A stretch of 64,000 nt of DNA. Source: an uncultured Fibrobacterota bacterium. GTDB lineage: Bacteria; Fibrobacterota; Chitinivibrionia; Chitinivibrionales; FEN-1185. Positions 41,811 to 50,339 of this stretch are shown one piece after another. Numbering within the stretch: position 1 is the stretch's first letter; each line of letters begins with the position of its first letter. The translations under genes and the position numbers were made by a program. Location of the stretch: NCBI GenBank assembly GCA_963729895.1, contig CAVSQB010000010.1, forward strand, positions 32,001-96,000, given 5' to 3'. The notes under the pieces are model-generated. The model saw nothing but the letters and a program-made list of their open reading frames with translations, searched no databases and was not told where the DNA came from.

Positions 41811-43733
41811 ATGGCCCTATTCGGAAGAAAAGATCCCCTCGACGCCCAAAAAAATATCGACAGGACCACTCAGCTTCTGTCGGACTACAAGCGCATCACC
41901 GAGCTTTTCAAAGCGCACAAATACATCTCCATCAAGGAAGTGTTCGGCGCTCCACCCGAACGGTATCATCTCCTGTATAAAATTGACGGATTAGAAAAAT
42001 CAAGAAACGCCATTGAGGTGAAAAACGAGCACGTGGTCGAAATTGCGCTGCCGCCCAAGTACCCGTCGGCCGCCCCCGTGTGCAAGCGGGTGACGGCCCT
42101 GTTTCACCCGAACGTGTCCGACGACGGAATTGACATAAAGGAGTACTGGACGCCCGGGACCGCACTTGCCGACCTTATCGTGAGAATCGGCCAGATGATC
42201 ACGTTCCAGAAATACGATACCGCGCATCCCGTTTCCATCGATGCCGCCAAATGGGCCGACAGAAACGCCTCGATGCTGCCCCTGTCAGCGGTTGACCTGA
42301 GCTATGCCCGGCCGGGATTGCCGAAAGAAGATGCGCAGGGCACCAAGGTCATAATTCAGGAACAGCAGCCGGCCCATACGCCGCCGCCGGAAGACGGTCG
42401 CAAAACGGAAGGAATAATCCTGGACGGCGGCACCGAGATCATATCGGTTGAGGGTGAAGTTTCCGAGAGCGTGTCCCAGAATGCGGAAATGCGCAAGACG
42501 GCCGTGTTGCGGGAGGAAAAGACCGACACGGCGATAATCATCCCCGCCGAGTTTCAGCCGGCGGCGCCCAAAGCGGTTCGACCGGAGAAAGTAACCGCGT
42601 CGGCGGCCAAGAGTGCAGCCCTCCCGCCCGCGCCCCGCTCCCCAGAACCAAAACCTGCGGCGCCAAAAGTTGTTCGGGCTGAACAACCCGCCGCACCGGC
42701 CATGAAGAGCGCCGCACCAGAGCCGAAACCCACGGCGCCTCCCGTTATTCGCACGGAGCAAGCAGCTATGCCTGCCGCAAAGGTCCCTGCACCCGCACCC
42801 CGCGCCCCCGAGCCCAAACCTGCGGCGCCCTCGATTGTTCGCACAGGGCAAGCAGCCACGCCGGCCGCAAAGGGCCCCGCGCCTGCGTCCCGAGCGCCCG
42901 AGCCCAAACCTGCGGCCCCCGCGATTGTTCGCACGGAGCAAGCGGCCGTACCGGCCGCCGAAAAACCGGCTGTCAAGCCGCAGCCCGCGGAGCCTGCAGT
43001 TGTTCTTACGGAGTTGTCAGCCGCGCCCGCGCCGACATCGCGTGAATCCGAGGCTAAACAGTCTGTTCCCAAAGCGGAAGAAAGGCGGGTCGACGTGTCC
43101 ATGCCTGCGGCCCAACGGGATTCTGCCTCCGTCACCACCGAGATTTCCTCTCAAAAAGACGCTGTTTACTGTTCGGCATGCGGGGGCAGGAACGCCTTGA
43201 TCGCCAACTTCTGTTCCCACTGCGGGTCAAAACTCCTCCGGGAATCGGTTCCCGCAAAGTGCCCGACAACCAAAGTCCTTATGCTTTCTTTTCTCGTATC
43301 GGTTCCGGTAGCAATAATTGCAGTGGGTGCAGTGCTCGTTCTTACGCAGCAGAACAGGACGGTTCCACAGAACCCGGAACCGCCACTGGCGGTTCCCCAG
43401 GCGGCTGCGCCTGCCCCGGCCGTTGCCGCCCCGGCGACGGAAAAAGCCGCTCTGCCGAAACAGGACTCCGCAAGCGTCACTCCGCCTGCGCGGCCAAACC
43501 CGCCCAAGCCTCCCAGGGCCGCTTCGCTCACTGCCGAGCAAAAACAGGCAAAGATAGAGGAAGCCCTCAGGGACGCTCAAACCTACATCAATTTGGGATC
43601 GTTTGAAGAGGCGTTGAACAAATACATGTTTGTTTTGAAGCTGGACCCAAAGAACGACGATGCTCTCGACGGCCTCAGAACGGTGAGGGACGCCAAAGAC
43701 AAGGCAACTGCCGATTCGGCGAAAACGAAATAG
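41811..43733 (+). CDS. E2/UBC-fold domain (Cys->Asp) + Pro/Ala linker + zinc ribbon + TM + TPR protein
   Basis: 'IALPPKYPSAAP...FHPNV...W...LADLIVRIGQMI..HPVSIDAAKW' UBC-like; 'CSACG..N....FCSHCG'; one TM helix; C-terminal TPR. Confidence 0.78.
   Translation: MALFGRKDPLDAQKNIDRTTQLLSDYKRITELFKAHKYISIKEVFGAPPERYHLLYKIDGLEKSRNAIEVKNEHVVEIALPPKYPSAAPVCKRVTALFHPNVSDDGIDIKEYWTPGTALADLIVRIGQMITFQKYDTAHPVSIDAAKWADRNASMLPLSAVDLSYARPGLPKEDAQGTKVIIQEQQPAHTPPPEDGRKTEGIILDGGTEIISVEGEVSESVSQNAEMRKTAVLREEKTDTAIIIPAEFQPAAPKAVRPEKVTASAAKSAALPPAPRSPEPKPAAPKVVRAEQPAAPAMKSAAPEPKPTAPPVIRTEQAAMPAAKVPAPAPRAPEPKPAAPSIVRTGQAATPAAKGPAPASRAPEPKPAAPAIVRTEQAAVPAAEKPAVKPQPAEPAVVLTELSAAPAPTSRESEAKQSVPKAEERRVDVSMPAAQRDSASVTTEISSQKDAVYCSACGGRNALIANFCSHCGSKLLRESVPAKCPTTKVLMLSFLVSVPVAIIAVGAVLVLTQQNRTVPQNPEPPLAVPQAAAPAPAVAAPATEKAALPKQDSASVTPPARPNPPKPPRAASLTAEQKQAKIEEALRDAQTYINLGSFEEALNKYMFVLKLDPKNDDALDGLRTVRDAKDKATADSAKTK
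42560..42990 (+). repeat. Intragenic degenerate ~90-bp (30-aa) tandem repeats
   Basis: About five units of 'PEPKPAAPxxVRTEQAAxPAAKxPAPAPRA'. Confidence 0.8.
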
Positions 43734-43749
43734 CCTTGGGGAGTCGCCC

Positions 43750-44205
43750 ATGCACCGCCGTGCCGGAACAGTCATTGCGTTCTTGATCTATTCCACAGCG
43801 GCCCTGTGCGGTTCCGATGTTTCCGGCGAGCTCAAACAGCTGCTCAAGGAACGGATCGACGCCATTTCCACCAGAGACACCGCGGTCTTGAGCAGGATCT
43901 GCACCAAGGATTATCAGGTGATCGGCTCCGCAGGCGAGAAAATGACGCTTGCGGATCTCAAACAGGCCGTCATGCAGACGGAAACGCCGGTAAAACTCAC
44001 GACGATTCTCAGCTATCAACCATTTATTGCGGAAGACGAATCGATGGCGTTCGCCACGTTCGAAATCGAAGAGGAAGTGGTACTAGACAAGCAGGACATC
44101 GTCAAGAACAGCCTTATCATCACCGAGATTTACAAGAAAGACAAGAGCAGGTGGAAGATCCAGCTCACGCATACCTCGCAGAAGATCTGCCTCCTTCCCG
44201 ACTGA
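43750..44205 (+). CDS. Secreted NTF2-like (DUF4440) protein
   Basis: Signal peptide; 'RDTAVLSRI..DY..IG..G', 'TEIYKK...WKI..THTS'. Confidence 0.75.
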   Translation: MHRRAGTVIAFLIYSTAALCGSDVSGELKQLLKERIDAISTRDTAVLSRICTKDYQVIGSAGEKMTLADLKQAVMQTETPVKLTTILSYQPFIAEDESMAFATFEIEEEVVLDKQDIVKNSLIITEIYKKDKSRWKIQLTHTSQKICLLPD

Positions 44206-44293
44206 CGGCAGTGCCTCCGGGCTCCGTCACCGTGCTCTTCCCCGCCGGATACCGGTCCTTTCCTGAGGATAAAAACCGCCGGGCGGGCCGCGG

Positions 44294-46459
44294 CTATTTT
44301 TCCCGTACGCCGTGGTTTTTTGCCAGCACCTCAAGGGCATTCTTTGCCTGAGTGCAGCCCGGCTCAAGCGCGAGCGCTTCCCGGAATTGCCGGGTAGCGT
44401 CTTCGCTCCTGCCCATGACGGCCAGGAGGTTTCCGTAGTTCAGGTGCGCGTCCAGGTACAACGAGTCCAGGCGCAGCGCCCGGGCGTACTCAACAAGTGC
44501 GCCGGCCTGGTTTCCTGTGCCCGCCATGGCCCTCGCGAGATCGGCATGCGCCTCGGCGCTCTTCGGGTTCAGGCGCACGGCCTCCCTGAAATGAGGCTCG
44601 GCGTCGCCGATTTTACCCTGCATGGCCAGCGCGACGCCCAGGTTGATATGTGCAACGGCCAGATCCGGCCTGATCCGCAGCGCCCGGGTGAAGCAATCGA
44701 TCGCCTCGTCGAGTTTACCCTGGTCTGCGGCGAGCCTGCCCAGGCCGCACAGCGCCGGAACGGAAGCCGGCGCCGCCCGCAGGGCGTCCTTGTATTTGTC
44801 AACAGCCTCGGCGGTCCTGCCTTTTCGTGCGAGAATATCTCCCATGTTGGCGAGCGCACCTGCATCGTGTGGGCTGCGGCGCAGGCCTTCTTCGTATTCG
44901 TCGAGCGCCTCCCCGTCTTTTTTAAGGCCCGCCAACGCGGCCGCACAATTGAAATGCGCTTCGGCCAGGTCGGGGGCCACGCCCAGCGCCTTCCGGTAGT
45001 ACGCAAGCGCCTCATTTGTTTTCCCCTTTCGCGCAAGCGCAATCCCGAGGTTGTTGAACACGTCGTACCGGACGCCGGTATCGTATGGCCTTGCGGCCAG
45101 CGCCTGCTCAAAACTTGCGATGGCCGCATCCGTTTTTCCCTGGGCGGACAACGCCACACCCATGTTGAGATAGGCCACATCGTTGTTCCTCGTGACCGCC
45201 GCGGCATGTCCGAAAAGCGCCACGCTGTCCTTCCAATATCCGGCCTGTGCGTGCGTCAAAACCATGAGCACGATGACAACGGCCGCAGCCGCGGCGCACA
45301 ATGCTTGCCGGCGATAGCGCCATTGCGCCAGCGCTTCCGGCGCGCCCCAGGCAATCATGATGAATATCCCGATAGACGGGACATAGGTGTACCTGTCGGC
45401 CATGGACTGCAGCCCGACCTGCACCAGCCCGATAACCGGCACGAGCGTGCCGAGATACCACAGCCATCCGGCGAGCAGGAAAGGCATGCGCCGCGCCGTT
45501 TTCAGGCATACCGCCGATATCGCAATCACCACGCACAACGAAACAAGCACGGCAGTAACCGGGAGCCGTGGAGGAAAAGGATAGAAACACGCCAAGTTGA
45601 CGGGCAGGACAATCTTCCAGAGATAGGCGCCGTACGAAAGAGCCGCGTTCGCCGTTCTTTCCACAAGGGAAAGACTCGCCGTGGCCACAACGGCGTTTTT
45701 GCTGCTTTGTGCAACATATGCAACACCGCACGAAGCAATCGACATGATGAACAAGGGTATCTTTTCGAGCACCAGCCGCCGCCAGGCGGACCACAACGCC
45801 CTCTGTGCGGCCGCGCCGCCCGTGATCGCAGGAACCCGGCAAAGCGGCCACACGTCAAGCACGAGCAAGACGAACGGAAGCGTCACCAGCATGGGCTTTG
45901 CCATGAGTCCCAGGGCAAAGCATATTGCGGAGGCCCCATACCAGGCGCGCGACCTTCGCCTTGCATACTGAACGTAACACAGAGTGGTACACAGCAAGAG
46001 CATGGTGCTCAGAACGTCCTTGCGTTCCGAAATCCACGCCACCGACTCCACGTGCAGCGGATGCAAAGCGAATAGCGCAGCCGCAAATCCGCTCTTCCAC
46101 CCGGACCCGGTTGCCGTCCACAGAAGATAAAACAACAGAATAACATTTCCAATATGGAAAGCAAGATTCACCAGATGTGCGGCCCCGGGCCTGGGCCCGA
46201 ATACCGTGCAGTCGAGCATATGCGACACCCAGGTGAGCGGATGCCAGTTGCCGGTTTCGAACGTGGAAAAAGCCCACGCAAGGTTCCTGGGGGTTACGCC
46301 GGAAAGCACGTGCGGGTTTGCGGTGACATAGAGTTCATCGTCGTAACTGACAAGAGAGGAAGCGCGCGCCGTTTGCCAATACGGAACAGCGGTGGCAATG
46401 CACAGGAGTGCGCACACGGCGGCGAATGGAAAATGAGGGCCGACCCGGCTCGTGTTCAT
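44294..46459 (-). CDS. TMTC-like GT-C glycosyltransferase with C-terminal TPR array
   Basis: 'YDDELYVTANPHV', 'NWHPLTWVSH', 'HPLHVESVAWISERKDVL', 'ADRYTYVP', multiple TMs, many TPRs. Confidence 0.85.
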   Translation of the reverse strand: MNTSRVGPHFPFAAVCALLCIATAVPYWQTARASSLVSYDDELYVTANPHVLSGVTPRNLAWAFSTFETGNWHPLTWVSHMLDCTVFGPRPGAAHLVNLAFHIGNVILLFYLLWTATGSGWKSGFAAALFALHPLHVESVAWISERKDVLSTMLLLCTTLCYVQYARRRSRAWYGASAICFALGLMAKPMLVTLPFVLLVLDVWPLCRVPAITGGAAAQRALWSAWRRLVLEKIPLFIMSIASCGVAYVAQSSKNAVVATASLSLVERTANAALSYGAYLWKIVLPVNLACFYPFPPRLPVTAVLVSLCVVIAISAVCLKTARRMPFLLAGWLWYLGTLVPVIGLVQVGLQSMADRYTYVPSIGIFIMIAWGAPEALAQWRYRRQALCAAAAAVVIVLMVLTHAQAGYWKDSVALFGHAAAVTRNNDVAYLNMGVALSAQGKTDAAIASFEQALAARPYDTGVRYDVFNNLGIALARKGKTNEALAYYRKALGVAPDLAEAHFNCAAALAGLKKDGEALDEYEEGLRRSPHDAGALANMGDILARKGRTAEAVDKYKDALRAAPASVPALCGLGRLAADQGKLDEAIDCFTRALRIRPDLAVAHINLGVALAMQGKIGDAEPHFREAVRLNPKSAEAHADLARAMAGTGNQAGALVEYARALRLDSLYLDAHLNYGNLLAVMGRSEDATRQFREALALEPGCTQAKNALEVLAKNHGVREK

Positions 46460-46514
46460 GCGGCGTATAGTAACAGGGGACCCGCCGGTGCGCGGGGCCT
46501 GTTCTCCTGCTGAG

Positions 46515-47765
46515 TCATCTAACAATCGGGACGATCTTTACAAGTGAGTACGTTCCGGCCTGCATCCTGACTGAATAATAACCGCTTGGAAGACTTCGCG
46601 CGTCCCAGGACGTGCGGTAACATCCCGACGAGAGACGGTCATTCACCAGAGATGCTATCCTCTGTCCGGAAAGGTCATAAATTCCGATGAACACCTGATC
46701 TGAATGCGGAAGAGAAAATTCAATGGTTGCGTTCGACCGAGTACGGCATGGAGGTTGAATATTCAATTGCACGAACTTCAGCAACCTTCCCGGCTGCGTG
46801 CGATGGAGAACCCCTGCCAGTTCGGCAAGCGGTCTGGAATACAGCCCGCCCCCGGTCCCGGCAAAGACGGTGCTCCCGTCCACGGCAAGAGACAGGATGG
46901 TGCTGTTGGTGAGGCCGGGCGAGATACCGGAATCGACCGCGCTCCAGCTCGCTCCGTTGTTGGCGGACTGGTAGATGCCGTCGCCGTCGGTCCCCGCAAA
47001 AATTCTTCCGTTGGTCGCGGCAAGGCACCAGATGTAAAGAGAACCGGCCCTCTCACCCGAGAGACCGGAATTGGCCGGACTCCAGCTTGTTCCGTTGTCG
47101 GTGGAAAGGTAAACGCCGTTGCCGTCGGTCCCCGCAAAAACAGTGTTGCCGCTCACCGCAAGAGACCAGACGGTACTGTGGGGAAGGCCGGAATCAGCCG
47201 CGGTCCAGCTTGCGCCGTTATTGGCGGACAAGAAGATGCCGCTGTCGGTCCCCGCAAAAATGGCGCCGCCGCCTGCGGCAAGACACCAGATACGGGCATT
47301 TGCAAGCCCGGAATCAACCGCCGTCCAGCTTGTGCCGTTGTCGGCGGACCGGAAGATACCGCCTTTAGTCCCTGCAAAAAGAGCGCCGTCGCTCTGGGCA
47401 AAACACGTGATTCCGGAATTTGTGAGGCCGGAATCAACCGCGGTCCAGCTTGTGCCGTTGTTGGCGGACAAGAAGATGCCGCTGTCGGTCCCCGCAAAAA
47501 TGGTGCCGCCGCTTGCGGTAAGGGACATTACCGCCGGGGTTACAAGCCCGGAATCAACCGCGGTCCAGCTTAAGCCGCTGTCGGCGGACCGGAAGATGCC
47601 GCTGTTGGTCCCTGCGTAGATGTTGCTGCCGCTGACGGCAAGGGACCAGATGAGAAAATCGCTCCCACCGGGGCCGGATTTGACAGCAGTCCATTGGGCG
47701 CCCGCGGTGTGCACGAACAGCACCGTGATTCCCATAACGACGATGATCCCGAGAATCTTTTTCGT
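46515..47765 (-). CDS. Secreted BNR/Asp-box beta-propeller protein with C-terminal T9SS-like domain (start uncertain)
   Basis: About seven 39-aa repeats 'IFAGTDSGIFLSANNGTSWTAVDSGL'; C-terminal 'IYDLSGQRIASL..WDARSLPSGYY'. Confidence 0.8.
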   Translation of the reverse strand, partial: TKKILGIIVVMGITVLFVHTAGAQWTAVKSGPGGSDFLIWSLAVSGSNIYAGTNSGIFRSADSGLSWTAVDSGLVTPAVMSLTASGGTIFAGTDSGIFLSANNGTSWTAVDSGLTNSGITCFAQSDGALFAGTKGGIFRSADNGTSWTAVDSGLANARIWCLAAGGGAIFAGTDSGIFLSANNGASWTAADSGLPHSTVWSLAVSGNTVFAGTDGNGVYLSTDNGTSWSPANSGLSGERAGSLYIWCLAATNGRIFAGTDGDGIYQSANNGASWSAVDSGISPGLTNSTILSLAVDGSTVFAGTGGGLYSRPLAELAGVLHRTQPGRLLKFVQLNIQPPCRTRSNATIEFSLPHSDQVFIGIYDLSGQRIASLVNDRLSSGCYRTSWDARSLPSGYYSVRMQAGTYSLVKIVPIVR

Positions 47766-47943
47766 AGGAGCCTCTTGTACCGTTGAACAGGCGTTGGAAT
47801 GGATATAAAATAATTTCAAACAAGAAAGGGCGGGCCGTCAAAGAATCACGGCCACGGCCCCTTTCTTTTCGTAAAGGACCCCGGAGCGCAACCGCCATGG
47901 CGCCGGGAATTTTCCGGCAGAAAACGGTTTTTTGCAAAACGTG

Positions 47944-47972
47944 TTCACTTTTGGCAAATGGAATTATATATT
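47944..47972 (+). promoter_or_regulatory. Candidate sigma70 promoter
   Basis: TTCACT-17 bp-TATATT, upstream of the structured leader and the LamG gene. Confidence 0.5.
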
Positions 47973-47979
47973 GTAGTCA

Positions 47980-48071
47980 AACCCGATAGTCAAGGACCGG
48001 CTGCCGTTGACACTGAGCGTACCCGAAAGACAGGCGTTCATGGGGTGACCTGGTGCCGGTCCTTCGCGGTT
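47980..48071 (+). other. Long hairpin in the presumed 5' leader (candidate structured RNA)
   Basis: AAGGACCGGC (47992-48001) pairs with GCCGGTCCTT (48055-48064); inner TGAGCGT/GCGTTCA stem with a GAAA-containing loop. Confidence 0.4.
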
Positions 48072-48107
48072 ACTTTGAACCTTTTCCTTAATCCCGAGGG
48101 GTGTGGT

Positions 48108-49943
48108 ATGAAACGGATCCCTGCTCTCTTTATCGCGTTTGCGGTGACCGCGAGTTTATGCGGCACATTGTTCGCCCAAACAACTCAGCAAAAACTCGTT
48201 GCGTACTGGTCATTCGATTCAGCCTCGGGCCGTACGTTCTACGATGTCACGGGCCACGGGTACAACGCCTCCTGGACAGGCTCGGGCGTCGGCCAGGCGC
48301 CCGGCGTCGTTGGCCAGGCGCTTTCCTGCTCAGGCACCTCGTATGAGTTAACGGTTGCGAATTCCCAGGACAGTTTCGCCCTGAACAATGTGACCATTGA
48401 GGCTTGGTATAACACCGACAGTATGATGGATGCCTTTATATTGGATTACCAGTACGTGGCGGAGGGAGTTTACAACGGGTATGGCCTGGATGTTCACAGC
48501 AACGGCACCGCCGAACTCGGCATATCGAACTCGTCCAAGAACGGTTGGATCTCGGCTATTTCGACCACTGCCATGGCAAAGGGAAAATGGTATCATCTTG
48601 CCGCAACCTACGACGGAGCCGCTGCCCGCGTTTTTGTGAACGGAACTATGGAAAGCCAGACGGCGTATTCCGGCGGCATCGGGTACCCTGTGGGGGAAAA
48701 TGCACGCATCGCCTGCCAAACGCTGATGGGCGGTGTCATCCGGCTTTTCGACAAAGGAAGAATCGACGAGCTCAAGCTGTACAACTACGCGTTGAGCGCA
48801 GACAGCATTAAAGCCCATTTTCTTGCCGCCAGGCCGCCTTCGCCGGTCCTGGTTCCCTGCATGCCCAACCCCACGTACAACCGGGAGCCCGCTTTCAGGT
48901 GGCTTACCACGCCGGGCATCGCGGTTTACCGGCTGCAGATCGACACTCTCCAACTCTTTCCGTCTCCGATTGTTTCGATTCCGCTCTCAGACACCTTTTA
49001 CACGCCGGGGGTCAATCTTCCTGTAAAGACAATCTACTGGCGGGTATGCAACGACGCGGACCTGTCGACGTGGTCTGCGACATCGTCGGTCACCATTCTC
49101 GATTCGTTGACACCCCTGCTTATTCCGTACACTCCCGACCCCACCCTTGATCGCCGGCCCACGCTTATGTGGCATCCGGTAAAGGGGTCAGCCTCCTACG
49201 CCATTCAAATCAACAACAATCCGGGTTTCGCTTCGCCGCTCATTTCCGACATTACCTCCGACACCTTCTATACGCCTGGCGCCGATTTGCCAGTGGGCGT
49301 GATCGACTGGCGCGTGAAGTCCGCAGCCGGAACGCAATATTCCCCGGCCGACACCTTTGTCATTCAGAACGATTCCGTTCCTCTTCTGATCCCTGTTTCC
49401 CCAGACACGCAGTCCACGCGAAGGCCCGTCCTCGCCTGGCATCCGGCCGTTGGAGCCACCGCTTACAGGCTCCAGATTGACACAGTGGGAAATTTTGCCA
49501 ACCCGGTCATTTCCCTGCCGCTGTCCGACACGTTCTACGTTCCCCAGGCCGATTTTCCCATGGGAAAACTGTTCTGGAGGGTAAGCGCGGGAACCGGCGG
49601 CACCATGTATTCGGCGGTCGATATATTCTGGATTCTCATCACGTCCGCCGAGCGGCAGGCCGGCGCTTTGAGCCCTGCCCGTCTGTTGTCCGTGTTCTCG
49701 ACCGGGTGGGACCGCGGGATCGGCGTCGCGTATACCGTTGACAAACCGTGCGGTGTCTCGTTTGACGTGTTCTCGCTGGCCGGGAAGCAGGTTGCCACGC
49801 TGTACTCGGCAACCAGCGCTCCCGGGATGTACCGGTTTTCCTGGACCAATGGCGACAAAGGGACTACCTTGACAAAAGGTGGGTACGTTCTGAGGTGCAG
49901 GGTCGGCGAAAGGGTGCTTGCGAAGCGGATACTACTGATGTAG
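48108..49943 (+). CDS. Secreted LamG/ConA-like domain + three FN3-like repeats + C-terminal sorting-like domain
   Basis: 'LVAYWSFD', 'WYHLAATYDG', 'GRIDELKLYNYALS'; three repeats 'W..Y.LQID..F.SP..SDTFYTP..LP..WRV'. Confidence 0.82.
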   Translation: MKRIPALFIAFAVTASLCGTLFAQTTQQKLVAYWSFDSASGRTFYDVTGHGYNASWTGSGVGQAPGVVGQALSCSGTSYELTVANSQDSFALNNVTIEAWYNTDSMMDAFILDYQYVAEGVYNGYGLDVHSNGTAELGISNSSKNGWISAISTTAMAKGKWYHLAATYDGAAARVFVNGTMESQTAYSGGIGYPVGENARIACQTLMGGVIRLFDKGRIDELKLYNYALSADSIKAHFLAARPPSPVLVPCMPNPTYNREPAFRWLTTPGIAVYRLQIDTLQLFPSPIVSIPLSDTFYTPGVNLPVKTIYWRVCNDADLSTWSATSSVTILDSLTPLLIPYTPDPTLDRRPTLMWHPVKGSASYAIQINNNPGFASPLISDITSDTFYTPGADLPVGVIDWRVKSAAGTQYSPADTFVIQNDSVPLLIPVSPDTQSTRRPVLAWHPAVGATAYRLQIDTVGNFANPVISLPLSDTFYVPQADFPMGKLFWRVSAGTGGTMYSAVDIFWILITSAERQAGALSPARLLSVFSTGWDRGIGVAYTVDKPCGVSFDVFSLAGKQVATLYSATSAPGMYRFSWTNGDKGTTLTKGGYVLRCRVGERVLAKRILLM

Positions 49944-50087
49944 AAGCCGTTGGTGAGGTTCGAGGGTAAAGTTTTTTCTCACGCCGTAAACGATCCGCAG
50001 CGGGAGCCTGTTGATAGTGCGGGAGCACGGTTGTGCACGACCGTGCTCCTGCAACATCTCACCGAACAAAGATTGTTCCTTCCGCCC

Positions 50088-50339
50088 TCACCGTACCGTG
50101 TTTCCCGTCCGGAATTGAGCAAGATAGGGATGACCGGCACCCTGGCCGGCGCTGGTGAAGGAGCCCCCTACATATATGGATGTTCCATTCTCGGCGATTG
50201 AATAGACTTGGTTATTTGCGCTTGGATTCCAGTCCAAAACATTTCCTGTAGCTATGTCCAATGCAGCGATATTGCTGCGCCTCTGGCCTCTAAAGTTAAA
50301 GAACCGTCCCCCTACGTAGAATTTACCTTTATCTCTGAC
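50088..50339 (-). pseudogene. 3' fragment of a beta-propeller repeat protein truncated by the IS4 element
   Basis: Manual translation: VRDKGKFYVGGRFFNFRGQRRSNIAALDIATGNVLDWNPSANNQVYSIAENGTSIYVGGSFTSAGQGAGHPYLAQFRTGNTVR*; no start codon, abuts the IS end. Confidence 0.72.

Noticed and set aside
41811..44205. Complete bacterial ubiquitination/CBASS-type defence operon
   Set aside because: No E1, JAB, Ubl or cyclase gene is adjacent, and the E2-like domain lacks the catalytic Cys
44312..46075. Long antisense ORFs (also 61352-62938, 26723-28168, 18102-19220)
   Set aside because: Shadow ORFs opposite well-supported genes in GC-rich DNA, with no family motifs
46850..47660. CRISPR-like periodic repeats
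   Set aside because: The period is 117 bp, in frame, and encodes propeller blades; there are no unique spacers and no cas genes
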